54,812 bases of DNA from Promethearchaeota archaeon (GTDB taxonomy: Archaea > Asgardarchaeota > Lokiarchaeia > Sigyniarchaeales > SOKP01): positions 1 through 54,812 of the forward strand of contig JBHLME010000011.1 in the NCBI GenBank assembly GCA_048938445.1, read 5' to 3'. Under the pieces are notes generated by a model. The model was given only the letters and a program-made list of their open reading frames with translations, made no database searches and was not told the DNA's origin. A program made the position numbers and the translations under genes. Of this stretch, positions 29,858 through 39,810 are shown in pieces (the first letter of the stretch is position 1; the number at the start of each line of letters is the position of its first letter).

Positions 29858-29993
29858 TTCTAATCAATTTGGGGTTAATATTGATTGCTATCGAAATTAA
29901 TTTTAGAATAAAATTTCTCTAATTTGTTTTATATATTTGCCCTCATCATATATATAATATTAATTTGTGTTAAAAAAAGTGTAATGATTAAAA

Positions 29994-31025
29994 TTATTTC
30001 TTCAACTTCTCTTGTACCTTATCCCATACAACCTCAACTGGTAAAGGTTCAAATGGTGTCTTGGAGAATTGTACTTTACAAAGTTCATAAATTGTTCTAT
30101 TATATGGCATGTCAAAACCTATAGAATCTGCGAGATTCAACATATATCCATTCAAGTATTCCAGTTCTGATTTATTTTTTTTTCTTAATATCATATCTTG
30201 TACCATTGTATTCCTCCAAGTTTTCTCAACGGTATTTAAAAATACTTTATTACCAATTTTGTCGGGTGCTTTTTGAGAAGCCTTAATAACAGACCATGAA
30301 GGATAGCCTTTAAGTCTATGTGGTTTGAAACCAGCAGCTTGTATTAAATTTAATCCTTCAACTAAAAGGCCTGCTGACATTTTTCTAATTTTAGTAATAT
30401 TTTTGTTTTCAACTTCTCTAATATTCACCAGCGTGAATAAAGCATTACCTAAATTTATTACTAGTTTTGAATGTGCTGGGTCTTCAATATTTTTTTCCAT
30501 TTTTATATTCAACGCTTTCTTCAGCACCAAGGCTATCTTTTCCAATTCTGGTTGAAGATTCTCTTGCTTAACACCAAGTATAAGTTGCCCTTTATCATTA
30601 AAACCAAAAATACCAGGTTCATCCTGCCATGTTCCCATAAGGATAACAGCATAAATGACTTTTGAGAAATATTTTGGTAAGATTTTTCTATTTTCTAAAC
30701 CATTCTGTAATCCGATAATTATAGGTTTATCTCCACATTTAGAGGCAATATCCTTCGCAGCATTTTCAAGATCATAAATTTTTACGCAGATCATTATAAT
30801 ATCAATTGAAGTTAATTCATTCAAGTCTTCAATTACTTTAACTGGAATGGTTTCAGCATTTTCTTTTTTTTCCTTATATAACACTACACCTTTTTCTTTC
30901 ATCCTTCGAGCATTCTCTCCCCTTGATAGAAGATACACATTATCATATTCAGAACTCAACCATCCTCCTATAGTTGCTCCGATCGCACCTGCTCCATAAA
31001 TAACTATAGTTAAATCATCTTCCAT
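29994..31025 (-). CDS. Ketopantoate reductase (PanE/ApbA) family protein
   Basis: YGAGAIG, CVK, LQNGLEN, SKLVIN, TMVQD and ELEYLNG. Confidence 0.8.
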   Translation of the reverse strand: MEDDLTIVIYGAGAIGATIGGWLSSEYDNVYLLSRGENARRMKEKGVVLYKEKKENAETIPVKVIEDLNELTSIDIIMICVKIYDLENAAKDIASKCGDKPIIIGLQNGLENRKILPKYFSKVIYAVILMGTWQDEPGIFGFNDKGQLILGVKQENLQPELEKIALVLKKALNIKMEKNIEDPAHSKLVINLGNALFTLVNIREVENKNITKIRKMSAGLLVEGLNLIQAAGFKPHRLKGYPSWSVIKASQKAPDKIGNKVFLNTVEKTWRNTMVQDMILRKKNKSELEYLNGYMLNLADSIGFDMPYNRTIYELCKVQFSKTPFEPLPVEVVWDKVQEKLKK

Positions 31026-31280
31026 ATTTAAATCAACTTATTTGAATGATTAAATCATTTCAATTCTTCAATAATTTTTAAAAAGCACAAGTTTATAATA
31101 ATCTTCAGCAATTATTATTTCTAAATTTTTTCAATTTAAGCATTTTTTTAAAATTTACAGGAACTTTTTTTTAAAATTCATATCAATCTAAAAATCATTA
31201 GATGATAAGGGAATAGTATAAAAATGATTAGGTTGAAAAGTTAAATATAGATTGAATCAAAGTTTAATGTTAAGTTCTAG

Positions 31281-32747
31281 TTGAATTTCATGATAACATT
31301 TAATAAAAAAAAAATTTATCTCATGTGTTTAGGATTTTTAGTATTTAGTTTTTATATTCCTTTTTTATCAAACATAAATAAGTTTTCGCTATTACCAGAA
31401 GAAAAAATTAATCCAATTCAACCAACAATTAAGACTTCAAATCAGGGATACATCGATGATCCTGGTCAAGAACTTTTTTGGTTCATACATGTGACAGATA
31501 CACATTTTAATAATCCTCAATCTGTAACTAATTATAACATTTTTTTTAATACATCATATCATAATATCAATCCTCTATTTATAATAAATACTGGAGATTT
31601 AGTACACGGAGATTTAGGACCTGAATTTGAAACCGTTCCCGAACAATGGGAGGATTATAGGGACGTGCTTGATGATAATAACATAAACTTATCTGTATAC
31701 ATAGATCTAATTGGGAATCACGATGTATCGCTCACATCACTTAATCATTATTATTATCTTACCTATTCAATGCTGGGGAGTGAACTTGGTCAAGCAAATT
31801 ATTCGTTTGTAAAGTCCTTCTCTTTTGGAAATTATGCATTTATATGTTTAAATTTATCTAAAAATTCTGATTATGATTGGTTACAATTTTATTATAATGG
31901 TTATTTATACCAAGATCAATTGGATTGGTATGAATCAAAATTGGAAGAATATAAAGATTACGATGGAATTTTTACTTTTGGACATCATCCTATTTATAGA
32001 CCAGATCCTGAATGGCCTTTTGGAATTTATGGTATTGATTCGGAGGATAGCACGAGTGGGGTTGGCTTTAATGAATTAAATAATGAATATAACATAACGT
32101 GCTATATTTCGGGACATACCCATGATAATTTCATTCAACAACGAGATAACACGAATTATTTTGACATTGAGACAGCAGATTTTGACAAGCAACATGCATA
32201 TCGAATTTTTGCCATCGACCACGGTCAAATTTCAACTTCAACAGAAACTATAGAAACATGGCCCCAAGGAGTCATTACCTACCCTCCTACTACTATGTTT
32301 TTAGATGACGAATATGACCCGAGTAAGGCAAAAATACGAGTCCTTGCATGGGATCCCAACGGAATTAGTTCCATAGCATGGTCTGCTTATAACGCTATTG
32401 ATGCTCAAGTTACTAATTGGGCTCCAATGTCAAAAGTGAGCACGGATGAACCCTTATGGGAAGGAGATTGGAATTCGATCTTGAATGATGGAAGTGATTA
32501 TAAGATAAAAGTAAATATTACAGGAGGCTCTGGAGAAACGATCAAAGAAATAATGTATGCTTTTGAATACATTCCACCAGAGGATCCCCCAGATGATCCC
32601 CCTGACGATCCTCCCGATGACCCAAATGATGGCTTTCCAAATAATCCGCAAGATCTCGGACTCATACCCATCATTATCATAGGTGGAATTATCATTACAG
32701 CTATCTCAATAACAGGGGCAGTCATACACCGTTCAAGATCAAGGTAA
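31281..32747 (+). CDS. Exported, C-terminally anchored calcineurin-like metallophosphoesterase (TMEM62 N-terminal-like)
   Basis: TDTH, TGDL, GNHD, GHH and GHTH; then YRIFAIDHG, WPQGVITYP and IRVLAW; N-terminal hydrophobic signal and C-terminal TM. Confidence 0.85.
   Translation: MNFMITFNKKKIYLMCLGFLVFSFYIPFLSNINKFSLLPEEKINPIQPTIKTSNQGYIDDPGQELFWFIHVTDTHFNNPQSVTNYNIFFNTSYHNINPLFIINTGDLVHGDLGPEFETVPEQWEDYRDVLDDNNINLSVYIDLIGNHDVSLTSLNHYYYLTYSMLGSELGQANYSFVKSFSFGNYAFICLNLSKNSDYDWLQFYYNGYLYQDQLDWYESKLEEYKDYDGIFTFGHHPIYRPDPEWPFGIYGIDSEDSTSGVGFNELNNEYNITCYISGHTHDNFIQQRDNTNYFDIETADFDKQHAYRIFAIDHGQISTSTETIETWPQGVITYPPTTMFLDDEYDPSKAKIRVLAWDPNGISSIAWSAYNAIDAQVTNWAPMSKVSTDEPLWEGDWNSILNDGSDYKIKVNITGGSGETIKEIMYAFEYIPPEDPPDDPPDDPPDDPNDGFPNNPQDLGLIPIIIIGGIIITAISITGAVIHRSRSR
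32574..32630 (+). repeat. 12-bp coding repeat giving PPED-PPDD-PPDD-PPDD-PND linker
   Basis: Read directly; synonymous variation between units. Confidence 0.9.
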
Positions 32748-32881
32748 AATTCAAGAAATACTTGTTTCATTCCCTTTTTATGAATAATGTATAATTCAAA
32801 GAATTTTTCTTATTAACCGTGCTTTATTATTTAAGAGTAAAAATATAAATTTTGAAATAATATTTAAGAGGGAAGATTCTC

Positions 32882-34273
32882 TTGGATTTAGAAGGTTTAA
32901 CAAGAAGGTTAATTGAAAAAGAGTTTTCTGAGCAGCAAATATTACAAAAACTGGTTCAAGCCTATAAAGATCACAAGGATATTGATGATAAAACCGCCTA
33001 TAACTATGCCGAAGCTGTATTAGAAGAATGTAAGAAGAGTGATATTAAAAGTATTTCAGATCCATTTATAAAAGAATTATTAGAGATTAATGGAGCAAAC
33101 GTAACAGTTGGGAAACAAGGAGTAGGATGTCGTGGTGCGGGAGATTTTTTCGTGCATAAATTAATCACTGAATTTTCAGAAACCGAAAAGAAAGCTTTTC
33201 TTTCGCCAAGTTCATTGGATGATGCGGGAGCTGTTCGCTTACAGGATATAACAGATTTTAAAGGTCAATCTTATGATGCTGAAGATTTGATTATAGTCTC
33301 TAAGATGGAAGGGATACATTCTCGTCTCAGTGATTTTCCATTTATTTGTGGATTTCACGTGACTCGTGCATGCTTAAGGGATTTATACGTGAAGGGATCA
33401 AAACCTATTTCTATCATGATTGATGCCCATTTAGGAGATGATGCAGATGTTGGTAAGTTATTTGATTTTATGGCAGGGGTGTCAGCAATTTCTGAATTAG
33501 CGAACGTTCCGATAACTGCGGGATCAACATTGAGAATAGGGGGTGACATGGTAATAGGAAATCGATTTGTAGGGGGCGTCAGTGCTGTGGGTCTTGCAAA
33601 TAAGAGAGTATTAGCAAGAAAAAACATACAACCGGGAGATAGAATCTTAATGACTGAAGGAGCGGGAGGAGGAACGATTACTACAACAGCAATTTATTCT
33701 GGAAACCACAAAGTAGTAAGAGAAACCATGAATATTAAATTCCTCGAAGCATGCGAGATATTATTGAAAGCGGATTATCTCGAGGAAATTCGTGCGATGT
33801 GTGATGTAACAAATGGTGGTTTAAGAGGAGATTTGTATGAAATTAATTACGAGGCTAAATGTGGTGTGATTATACATGAAAATGAAGTTAGAAAACTCGT
33901 GAATCCTCACGTACTAAATCTTTTAGAAAAAGTAGGAGTTGATTATCTGGGAGTCTCCCTAGATGCTCTCTTGATATATTGTTCAGAAAAGGTCTCAAAC
34001 GATATCATTTCCGATTTGAAAAAAAAAAATATCATATGTTTAGAAATTGGTAAAGTAGACAATTCGATGGAAGTCTCAATGATTTTCGAGGATGAGAAAG
34101 AAAAAATTCTCCCACGATTTAGAGAATCAGCGTATACAAAGATAAAGCAAAAAATTGGAGAAGACACTCCAGATTCTATCAAACTCATGGAAAAAAATGT
34201 TGAAATGGCAGCATCAAAAGCGTTAGAAAAAAGAAAAAAGATAATTTCTTATATCAAAAAATTAGGAACTTAA
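32882..34273 (+). CDS. Archaeal AIR-synthase-related (PurM/HypE/ThiL superfamily) protein
   Basis: MDLEG start, GVGCRGAGDFFVH, DDAG, HSRLSDFPF, GSTLRIGGDMV and DVTNGGLRGD. Confidence 0.8.
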   Translation: MDLEGLTRRLIEKEFSEQQILQKLVQAYKDHKDIDDKTAYNYAEAVLEECKKSDIKSISDPFIKELLEINGANVTVGKQGVGCRGAGDFFVHKLITEFSETEKKAFLSPSSLDDAGAVRLQDITDFKGQSYDAEDLIIVSKMEGIHSRLSDFPFICGFHVTRACLRDLYVKGSKPISIMIDAHLGDDADVGKLFDFMAGVSAISELANVPITAGSTLRIGGDMVIGNRFVGGVSAVGLANKRVLARKNIQPGDRILMTEGAGGGTITTTAIYSGNHKVVRETMNIKFLEACEILLKADYLEEIRAMCDVTNGGLRGDLYEINYEAKCGVIIHENEVRKLVNPHVLNLLEKVGVDYLGVSLDALLIYCSEKVSNDIISDLKKKNIICLEIGKVDNSMEVSMIFEDEKEKILPRFRESAYTKIKQKIGEDTPDSIKLMEKNVEMAASKALEKRKKIISYIKKLGT

Positions 34274-35089
34274 ATCCAATACCTCATTCATTGACCCTGA
34301 ACGAAATCCTTCAATATCAATCGTAACATACACGAATCCTAATTCTTTGAATTTAGCTTTTATCCGCTCTAGTTTATCATTATCTAATATTTTAGGGAGG
34401 TCTTGTGGAAGGAATTCAATTCTTGCGAGATTACCTTCATGATGCCGTACTCTTAGTTGTTTCAAATGAAAGACTTGTTTTAAAAATCTTTCTCCTTCTC
34501 TTATGCGAATTAACTTTTCATTATTAATTTCTTGTCCATAAGGAATTCGAGATGAAAAGCAAGCCATTGAAGGTTTGGACTGTACTTCAAGGTTAAAAAA
34601 TTTACTTATTTCCCTAATCTCTTGCTTGTCTATTCCAAAGTCTACATATGGAGTGCTAATTTCTAATTCCTCCAAAGCTTTCATTCCAGGTCGATAATCA
34701 CTAAGATCATTTAAATTTGAACCATCAATAATTATATCATAATTTCTTTCCTGTTTAATTTCAAGAATAGTCTCATATAAACCCGTTTTACAGATATAGC
34801 ATCTATCCTTCGGATTACATCTAAAATTATCGTCTATTAAAGGGTCTCTCTCAATAATCAAATGAGAGATGTCATATTTACTCGCAAATTGCTTCGTTTC
34901 CTCAATTTCTTCTTCTGGATAAAGGATGGTTTGTTCGGTTACCAATAACGTCTCTTTTGCATTATTCTTTGAAAGAAATGCTAAAAGCGTGCTATCAACT
35001 CCTCCAGAAAAAGCAATAATCACCTTTTTATCTTTTAGAAATGTGATGATTTTATTTAATTTATTTTCAAGGTTCTCGTTCAGTTTCAT
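34262..35089 (-). CDS. larE: ATP-dependent sacrificial sulfur transferase LarE-like
   Basis: AFSGGVDST PP-loop, RCYICK, DYRPG, KPSMACFSSRIPYG, QLRVRHH and GFRSGSMN. Confidence 0.88.
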   Translation of the reverse strand: MKLNENLENKLNKIITFLKDKKVIIAFSGGVDSTLLAFLSKNNAKETLLVTEQTILYPEEEIEETKQFASKYDISHLIIERDPLIDDNFRCNPKDRCYICKTGLYETILEIKQERNYDIIIDGSNLNDLSDYRPGMKALEELEISTPYVDFGIDKQEIREISKFFNLEVQSKPSMACFSSRIPYGQEINNEKLIRIREGERFLKQVFHLKQLRVRHHEGNLARIEFLPQDLPKILDNDKLERIKAKFKELGFVYVTIDIEGFRSGSMNEVLDLSS

Positions 35090-35269
35090 CTAGATTCATT
35101 TATAGGAATTTAAGAATAAGTTAAAAGATTATCGATTAAGAAAAAAAACTATTGTATTTAGTATCTTATTAAAGCTTTTCTTCTAATTTTATAGATAAAT
35201 ATGAATAAGATTTGAACTAATTACCAAAATAAAAGCAATTAAATAAACCTACTTCAATCTAAGTTGAAA

Positions 35270-36070
35270 TTATTCGATTTCAATCAAAAGATTACCATTT
35301 TTATCCATAAATCTATTTTTAAAACGCCAAGAAGTCATAAACCTAATAAAAATTTTACTTCCTTTCGAGAATTTAATCCTTTTTCCTGTTTTTTTTATGT
35401 TTTTCATTATTGGAACCATCTTTTCTGCAACAGTTATAGGCAATTCAGCTAAAATATTAATTAATTTTGATTCACTGCTCATACCTTTCAGAATTAAATC
35501 TGTTACCATCATCCCTGGGTGAATGTTATTAACAAGGATATTAGAGTTCTTAAGTTCTTTAGTTAGAGTCTTTGTAACCATTGGAATGGCAGCTTTTGTT
35601 GAAATATAAGGAATAACATTTGGAACTACTCGTCCATCGGAACCTAATCCCTCAAGATTAAAAATCTTTCCAAATTTTTGCTTTAACATTATACCTAAGG
35701 CAACCTGGCAACCAAATAATGTTCCAATTAAATTTGTATTAATAATAGTTCTAATATTTTCTTCTGATGTATCGACAAGTGGTTTATCTCCAGCACTAGA
35801 AATACCTGCATTATTAATCCAAATATCAATAGATCCAAGATTTTCAAGAGCAAATTGACCAAGGTTCTCAACATTCTCTTTTTGAGTGATATCACATTTC
35901 ACACCGTAAACTGAATCATTTGAATAAAGTTGTTTTAAATTTTTAAGCGCTTTATCAACCCTATCTTCATTTCGGGAACATATTACTACTGAATCTCCAA
36001 ATTTTAAAAAAATTTTTGCTAAAGCAAGGCCAAATCCCTTTGTACTACCAGTTATTACAATATTTGACAT
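35270..36070 (-). CDS. SDR oxidoreductase (resembles the NOL/NYC1-like subgroup)
   Basis: ITGSTKGFG, DIWINNAG, FNLEGLGSDGR, YISTK, PGMMVTDL and NILAE.P.TVA. Confidence 0.85.
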   Translation of the reverse strand: MSNIVITGSTKGFGLALAKIFLKFGDSVVICSRNEDRVDKALKNLKQLYSNDSVYGVKCDITQKENVENLGQFALENLGSIDIWINNAGISSAGDKPLVDTSEENIRTIINTNLIGTLFGCQVALGIMLKQKFGKIFNLEGLGSDGRVVPNVIPYISTKAAIPMVTKTLTKELKNSNILVNNIHPGMMVTDLILKGMSSESKLINILAELPITVAEKMVPIMKNIKKTGKRIKFSKGSKIFIRFMTSWRFKNRFMDKNGNLLIEIE

Positions 36071-36198
36071 AAGAATTATACATTGTTTTTGACATATTAG
36101 GATTATGTTTAAAAATTATTAATTCCTCATTTTTACAAATTAGACTCTTTAAGAATGGTGAAAATAAATTATTAAAAATTGGACTACATTACTTTAAT

Positions 36199-36233
36199 AT
36201 AGTATAGGTCACATAGTATAATTAAAATACTAT
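36199..36233. promoter_or_regulatory. Candidate PadR operator: three ATA(G/C)TAT boxes at 14-bp period
   Basis: ATAGTAT at 36199, ATAGTAT at 36213 and ATACTAT at 36227. Confidence 0.6.
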
Positions 36234-36267
36234 AAATAAAAAATATAAAAAAAAAGGAGTTGTAAAG

Positions 36268-36816
36268 ATGATAAAGAATGTTAAAGTTTTAAAATCGGAT
36301 GTCTTGATAGCTTCTGAACAACATCGAAATTACATCACAAAACAAGTGACGGAAATTAATCGGGGAATAGGAACGTTATGTGTCTTATCAATCTTAAATC
36401 AGTATGGAAATGAAGGTATTCATGGATATGGTATCCTTAAAGAACTCTCAGAACAAACTGATGATAAGCTTGTAATTGAAGAAGGCACCCTTTACCCACT
36501 TTTACGAAAACTTGAACAAGATCAAATGATCCGGTCAAGAAAAGAAAAAGAAGGTAGAAGAAAAAAACTATATTGCATTACTGATGACGGAAAAAGGATA
36601 TACAATTATTTAACAGGATATTATTCAGTCTTAACAGAGTCTGTTGCTTCATTATTTGATGTAAAAGTATCATTGAAAGAAGATAGATATATATATTGCA
36701 CTCAATGTTCTAATAAAATAGATTTGAATCAATATTCTGGCACTGAAATCCGCTTTTGTGATGCATGCGGTCATAATATTGAAAATGAATTAATAAAAAG
36801 AGGTATTAAAAAATGA
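36268..36816 (+). CDS. PadR-family regulator with C-terminal zinc ribbon (copy 1)
   Basis: HGYGIL, EEGTLYPLLRKLE and YCITDDG; CTQC...CDAC. Confidence 0.88.
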   Translation: MIKNVKVLKSDVLIASEQHRNYITKQVTEINRGIGTLCVLSILNQYGNEGIHGYGILKELSEQTDDKLVIEEGTLYPLLRKLEQDQMIRSRKEKEGRRKKLYCITDDGKRIYNYLTGYYSVLTESVASLFDVKVSLKEDRYIYCTQCSNKIDLNQYSGTEIRFCDACGHNIENELIKRGIKK

Positions 36817-37841
36817 GCGAAAGAACTACGGAATTATTGATTAAGGATTTTATAAAGCAGGTAAAAGAGAAATTACCTGAATGGTTGAAGGAAAAGAAAG
36901 ATGAAGCAGATGATATATTGGATGAACTTGAAGAACATATTCGAGAAAAATCAGATGATTTATCAGGAAAGGGTTATTCTCAAGATGATGCTGTAAGGTT
37001 AGCCATTTCTCACATGGGAACGCCAAGCAGCATCGCACGTGAATATAAACGTCGGGGTACACCTAAATATTATATTACTGAAGAACTATGGCCTATATAT
37101 ACGAAAGTTTTAGCAATAGTCTGTTCAGTAATTATCATAGCGAATGTCATATTTTACGTATTAAATTTGATATTTGGAACCTTGCCTGGTGATCTCATGA
37201 TTGGGTTCATGGGAGTATTTGCTGCATTCACGGTGATTACCATAATATTCATTGCCTTATCGATGGAGGGGTATTTCCCAGAAGATTTTAAATCTCCTGC
37301 CGAAGTAAAGAAAAAAGACAGGCAAATTGAAAAGGCAAAGGTACTAGGATTACCAATTTCTCAAAAAACAGGTGAACAACTCAAGCCTTTCATAAAACCC
37401 GGAGAAAAGATTGGAGGAGGAATTTTTGGAATGATATTTGGGTTTTTATTAATAATCCAGCCAATTCCAAATTTATCTGCTTATTTCACTGTTGAATTTC
37501 TCATGTTAGTTCGCTTATGGGGAATTACATCAGTGGCTCAAGGAAGTTTGAACTTAATACGGGGAGTAATAGGAAATCAACAACCAATGAACCATCAGAT
37601 AATCCTAGGGATTATGATGGGATTAAAGGTGGTAAATGCATTATTCTTGATACTAGTAATTCAAAATCCAGGAATGCTCCCTTGGATTGACGTATTTCAA
37701 GCACCCCCCAAGTTTGGAACGATTACTCCAGAGTTTTATGAACTCGTGAAGGGCTTAGTAGTTTTGATAATGGCCATAACTCTGTTGTCAATGATAGAAG
37801 AAATCTATTGGATGGTCAAGCTAGAACAATATAAGATCTAA
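36813..37841 (+). CDS. Membrane protein with N-terminal HAAS/permease-prefix helical domain (copy 1)
   Basis: ILDELEEHI...AISHMGTPSSIAREY followed by ~6 TM; 4-bp overlap with PadR. Confidence 0.78.
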   Translation: MSERTTELLIKDFIKQVKEKLPEWLKEKKDEADDILDELEEHIREKSDDLSGKGYSQDDAVRLAISHMGTPSSIAREYKRRGTPKYYITEELWPIYTKVLAIVCSVIIIANVIFYVLNLIFGTLPGDLMIGFMGVFAAFTVITIIFIALSMEGYFPEDFKSPAEVKKKDRQIEKAKVLGLPISQKTGEQLKPFIKPGEKIGGGIFGMIFGFLLIIQPIPNLSAYFTVEFLMLVRLWGITSVAQGSLNLIRGVIGNQQPMNHQIILGIMMGLKVVNALFLILVIQNPGMLPWIDVFQAPPKFGTITPEFYELVKGLVVLIMAITLLSMIEEIYWMVKLEQYKI

Positions 37842-37869
37842 TTTTTTTATTTTTTTTTCTTATTTTTTT
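37842..37869 (+). terminator. Oligo-T tract, archaeal terminator-like
   Basis: TTTTTTTATTTTTTTTTCTTATTTTTTT immediately after the stop codon. Confidence 0.5.
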
Positions 37870-38127
37870 GAAAAAATTATATTCTAAGAATAGTAACTTT
37901 CTTTTTTACTAGATAAATTACCATAAAAATAAAAATAATTTTAACAAAATGAATTGATTCCTCTATATTCAATTACTATTTCCTTAATCTTTGAAAAAAA
38001 TGATCCTTCTGAATTTAGGTCACTCAGACTTTTAGAAAAAATTAATACTAAGATATCAAAAATACTCATTTAGAAACTAAATATGTGAAAAAATTTTAAA
38101 TAAAAAGCAAACATTTAAATATTTGAG

Positions 38128-38148
38128 ATACTATATTATGCATAGTAT
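38128..38148. promoter_or_regulatory. Candidate PadR operator: ATACTAT-N7-ATAGTAT inverted repeat
   Basis: Perfect 7-7-7 dyad just downstream of a TTTAAATA TATA-like box; same box and spacing as upstream of PadR copy 1. Confidence 0.65.
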
Positions 38149-38206
38149 TAGACAAAGAGCATTATTACAAAATAGTAAAATGTAAAACACTAGGAGTTGA
38201 TAAATT

Positions 38207-38737
38207 ATTATAAAACGAGTTAAGGATCTAGGAGAAAGAGCGCTAATTAGGGAAGAATTTTTCAGATTATTCGTTGAAAAGTTTGAATCTGAAGTTAATC
38301 GAGGCACTAGCACGTTATGTATCTTATCTATTATTAAACAGTCAGGAGATAATGGTATATATGGTTATCAAATCCTCAAAGAATTAGAGGAAAAGACTAG
38401 TAACATGCTAGTTATTGAAGAAGGCACTCTTTATCCAATTCTAAGGAAACTTGACTTAGATGGTATAATAGAATCAAGACGTCAAAAAGTAGACGGGAGA
38501 TCTAGAATTTATTATAACTTGACTGAAGTTGGACTTAAAATCTTCAATCATATTTCAGGCTTTTTCACCAAGTTAACAGAGGCTATTTCTCCTTTATTTG
38601 ATGTGAATGTCACGTTAAAAGATAAATATCTATATTGCCCTAATTGCTCTAATAAAATTGATTTGATCAACACTGAATATCATTATTGCGAAATTTGTGG
38701 ATTAAATATACAAGAATTAAAAAAAGGAGTTATATAG
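38207..38737 (+). CDS. PadR-family regulator with zinc ribbon (copy 2); probable ATT start
   Basis: The frame is open from 38204. IIKRVK...EVNRGTSTLCILS...YGYQILKEL precedes the track's ATG at 38405 and aligns to copy 1; CPNC...CEIC. Confidence 0.82.
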   Translation: MIKRVKDLGERALIREEFFRLFVEKFESEVNRGTSTLCILSIIKQSGDNGIYGYQILKELEEKTSNMLVIEEGTLYPILRKLDLDGIIESRRQKVDGRSRIYYNLTEVGLKIFNHISGFFTKLTEAISPLFDVNVTLKDKYLYCPNCSNKIDLINTEYHYCEICGLNIQELKKGVI

Positions 38738-38738
38738 C

Positions 38739-39803
38739 ATGCAAGAAAATAAAATAAACGATTTAATATATGAGTACCTTAATGAGGTAAAGAGACACTT
38801 ACCATGGTGGATTAAAAATGATAATAAAGAGCTCATCAAAATTATAGAACAACTTGAATCACATATCTGGGAAAAAGCCGCAGATCTTTCAGAAGATAGA
38901 CAACCTACTATTGATACTGTTCGAATAGCAATAAACCATATGGGTAATCCACTTAGCATTACTCAAGAATATGATCAAGGAAAAACGCCAAAAATCTTTA
39001 TAAGCATGGAATTATGGCCAATATATAAAATAATAATGATAGTAGCAATCATAGCTTTTATAGGATATACTATACTTGACATTGTAATGTTTGTCGCTTC
39101 CTTTATTATAAATCCTGTAGACATTACTTCTGGTAATCTCTTGGATTTTTTGGATGAGGGGAAGTTTTATAGAATTTCTGTATTCATAACGACTAATCTT
39201 ATATTTTTTATTGGAATAGGTGCCCTAACAATAATATTTTTTTGGTTAAGTAAACGAGGGTACTATCCTGATAGTTATCTGAATTACAAAAAGCATCTCA
39301 GTCAAGAAAAAAAGAAAATTAATCTGGAAAGAAAGCGTGAAGAATATATAAAGAAAGGAATGCCAATATCGCCTAAAACAGGAGAAGCGTTGGAGCCATT
39401 TGTAAATCGTAGTAGGTATATTGCAAGTGCCATTATATGGCTCGGTATTGGAGCTCAAATTTTTTTCCCTATACCATCTAATTTTAATTTAAATATTTTT
39501 AAATATCAGATTTTATTTTTTCTAATTTTTTTGACTTCATCAATTTCATGGACAATTCAATTCATAATAGGTAACAAACACGTGGTATATCATCAAATTA
39601 TCATTATTATTCAATTAATCCTATCCATACTATTAGGAATTAGCATTGTAATTACAATTTTAACTACTCCTGATCTAATGTATCTAAACATTGTTGCCTA
39701 TATAATCTTTATATGTCTCTTTTTTTCTCCTATATATCCTTTCTATAGGATAAAAAAGTTAGAAAACTATAAAATAAAAAAAAGGGGTAATAAAACTGAT
39801 TGA
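38739..39803 (+). CDS. HAAS-type membrane protein (copy 2)
   Basis: YLNEVKRHLPWW, LESHIWEKA, HMGNP and GMPISPKTGE. Confidence 0.78.
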   Translation: MQENKINDLIYEYLNEVKRHLPWWIKNDNKELIKIIEQLESHIWEKAADLSEDRQPTIDTVRIAINHMGNPLSITQEYDQGKTPKIFISMELWPIYKIIMIVAIIAFIGYTILDIVMFVASFIINPVDITSGNLLDFLDEGKFYRISVFITTNLIFFIGIGALTIIFFWLSKRGYYPDSYLNYKKHLSQEKKKINLERKREEYIKKGMPISPKTGEALEPFVNRSRYIASAIIWLGIGAQIFFPIPSNFNLNIFKYQILFFLIFLTSSISWTIQFIIGNKHVVYHQIIIIIQLILSILLGISIVITILTTPDLMYLNIVAYIIFICLFFSPIYPFYRIKKLENYKIKKRGNKTD

Positions 39804-39810
39804 AAAAGAA

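Noticed and set aside
32498-32770. Minus-strand ORF with GSSGGSSGG repeats
   Set aside because: It is the reverse complement of the PPDD linker repeat.
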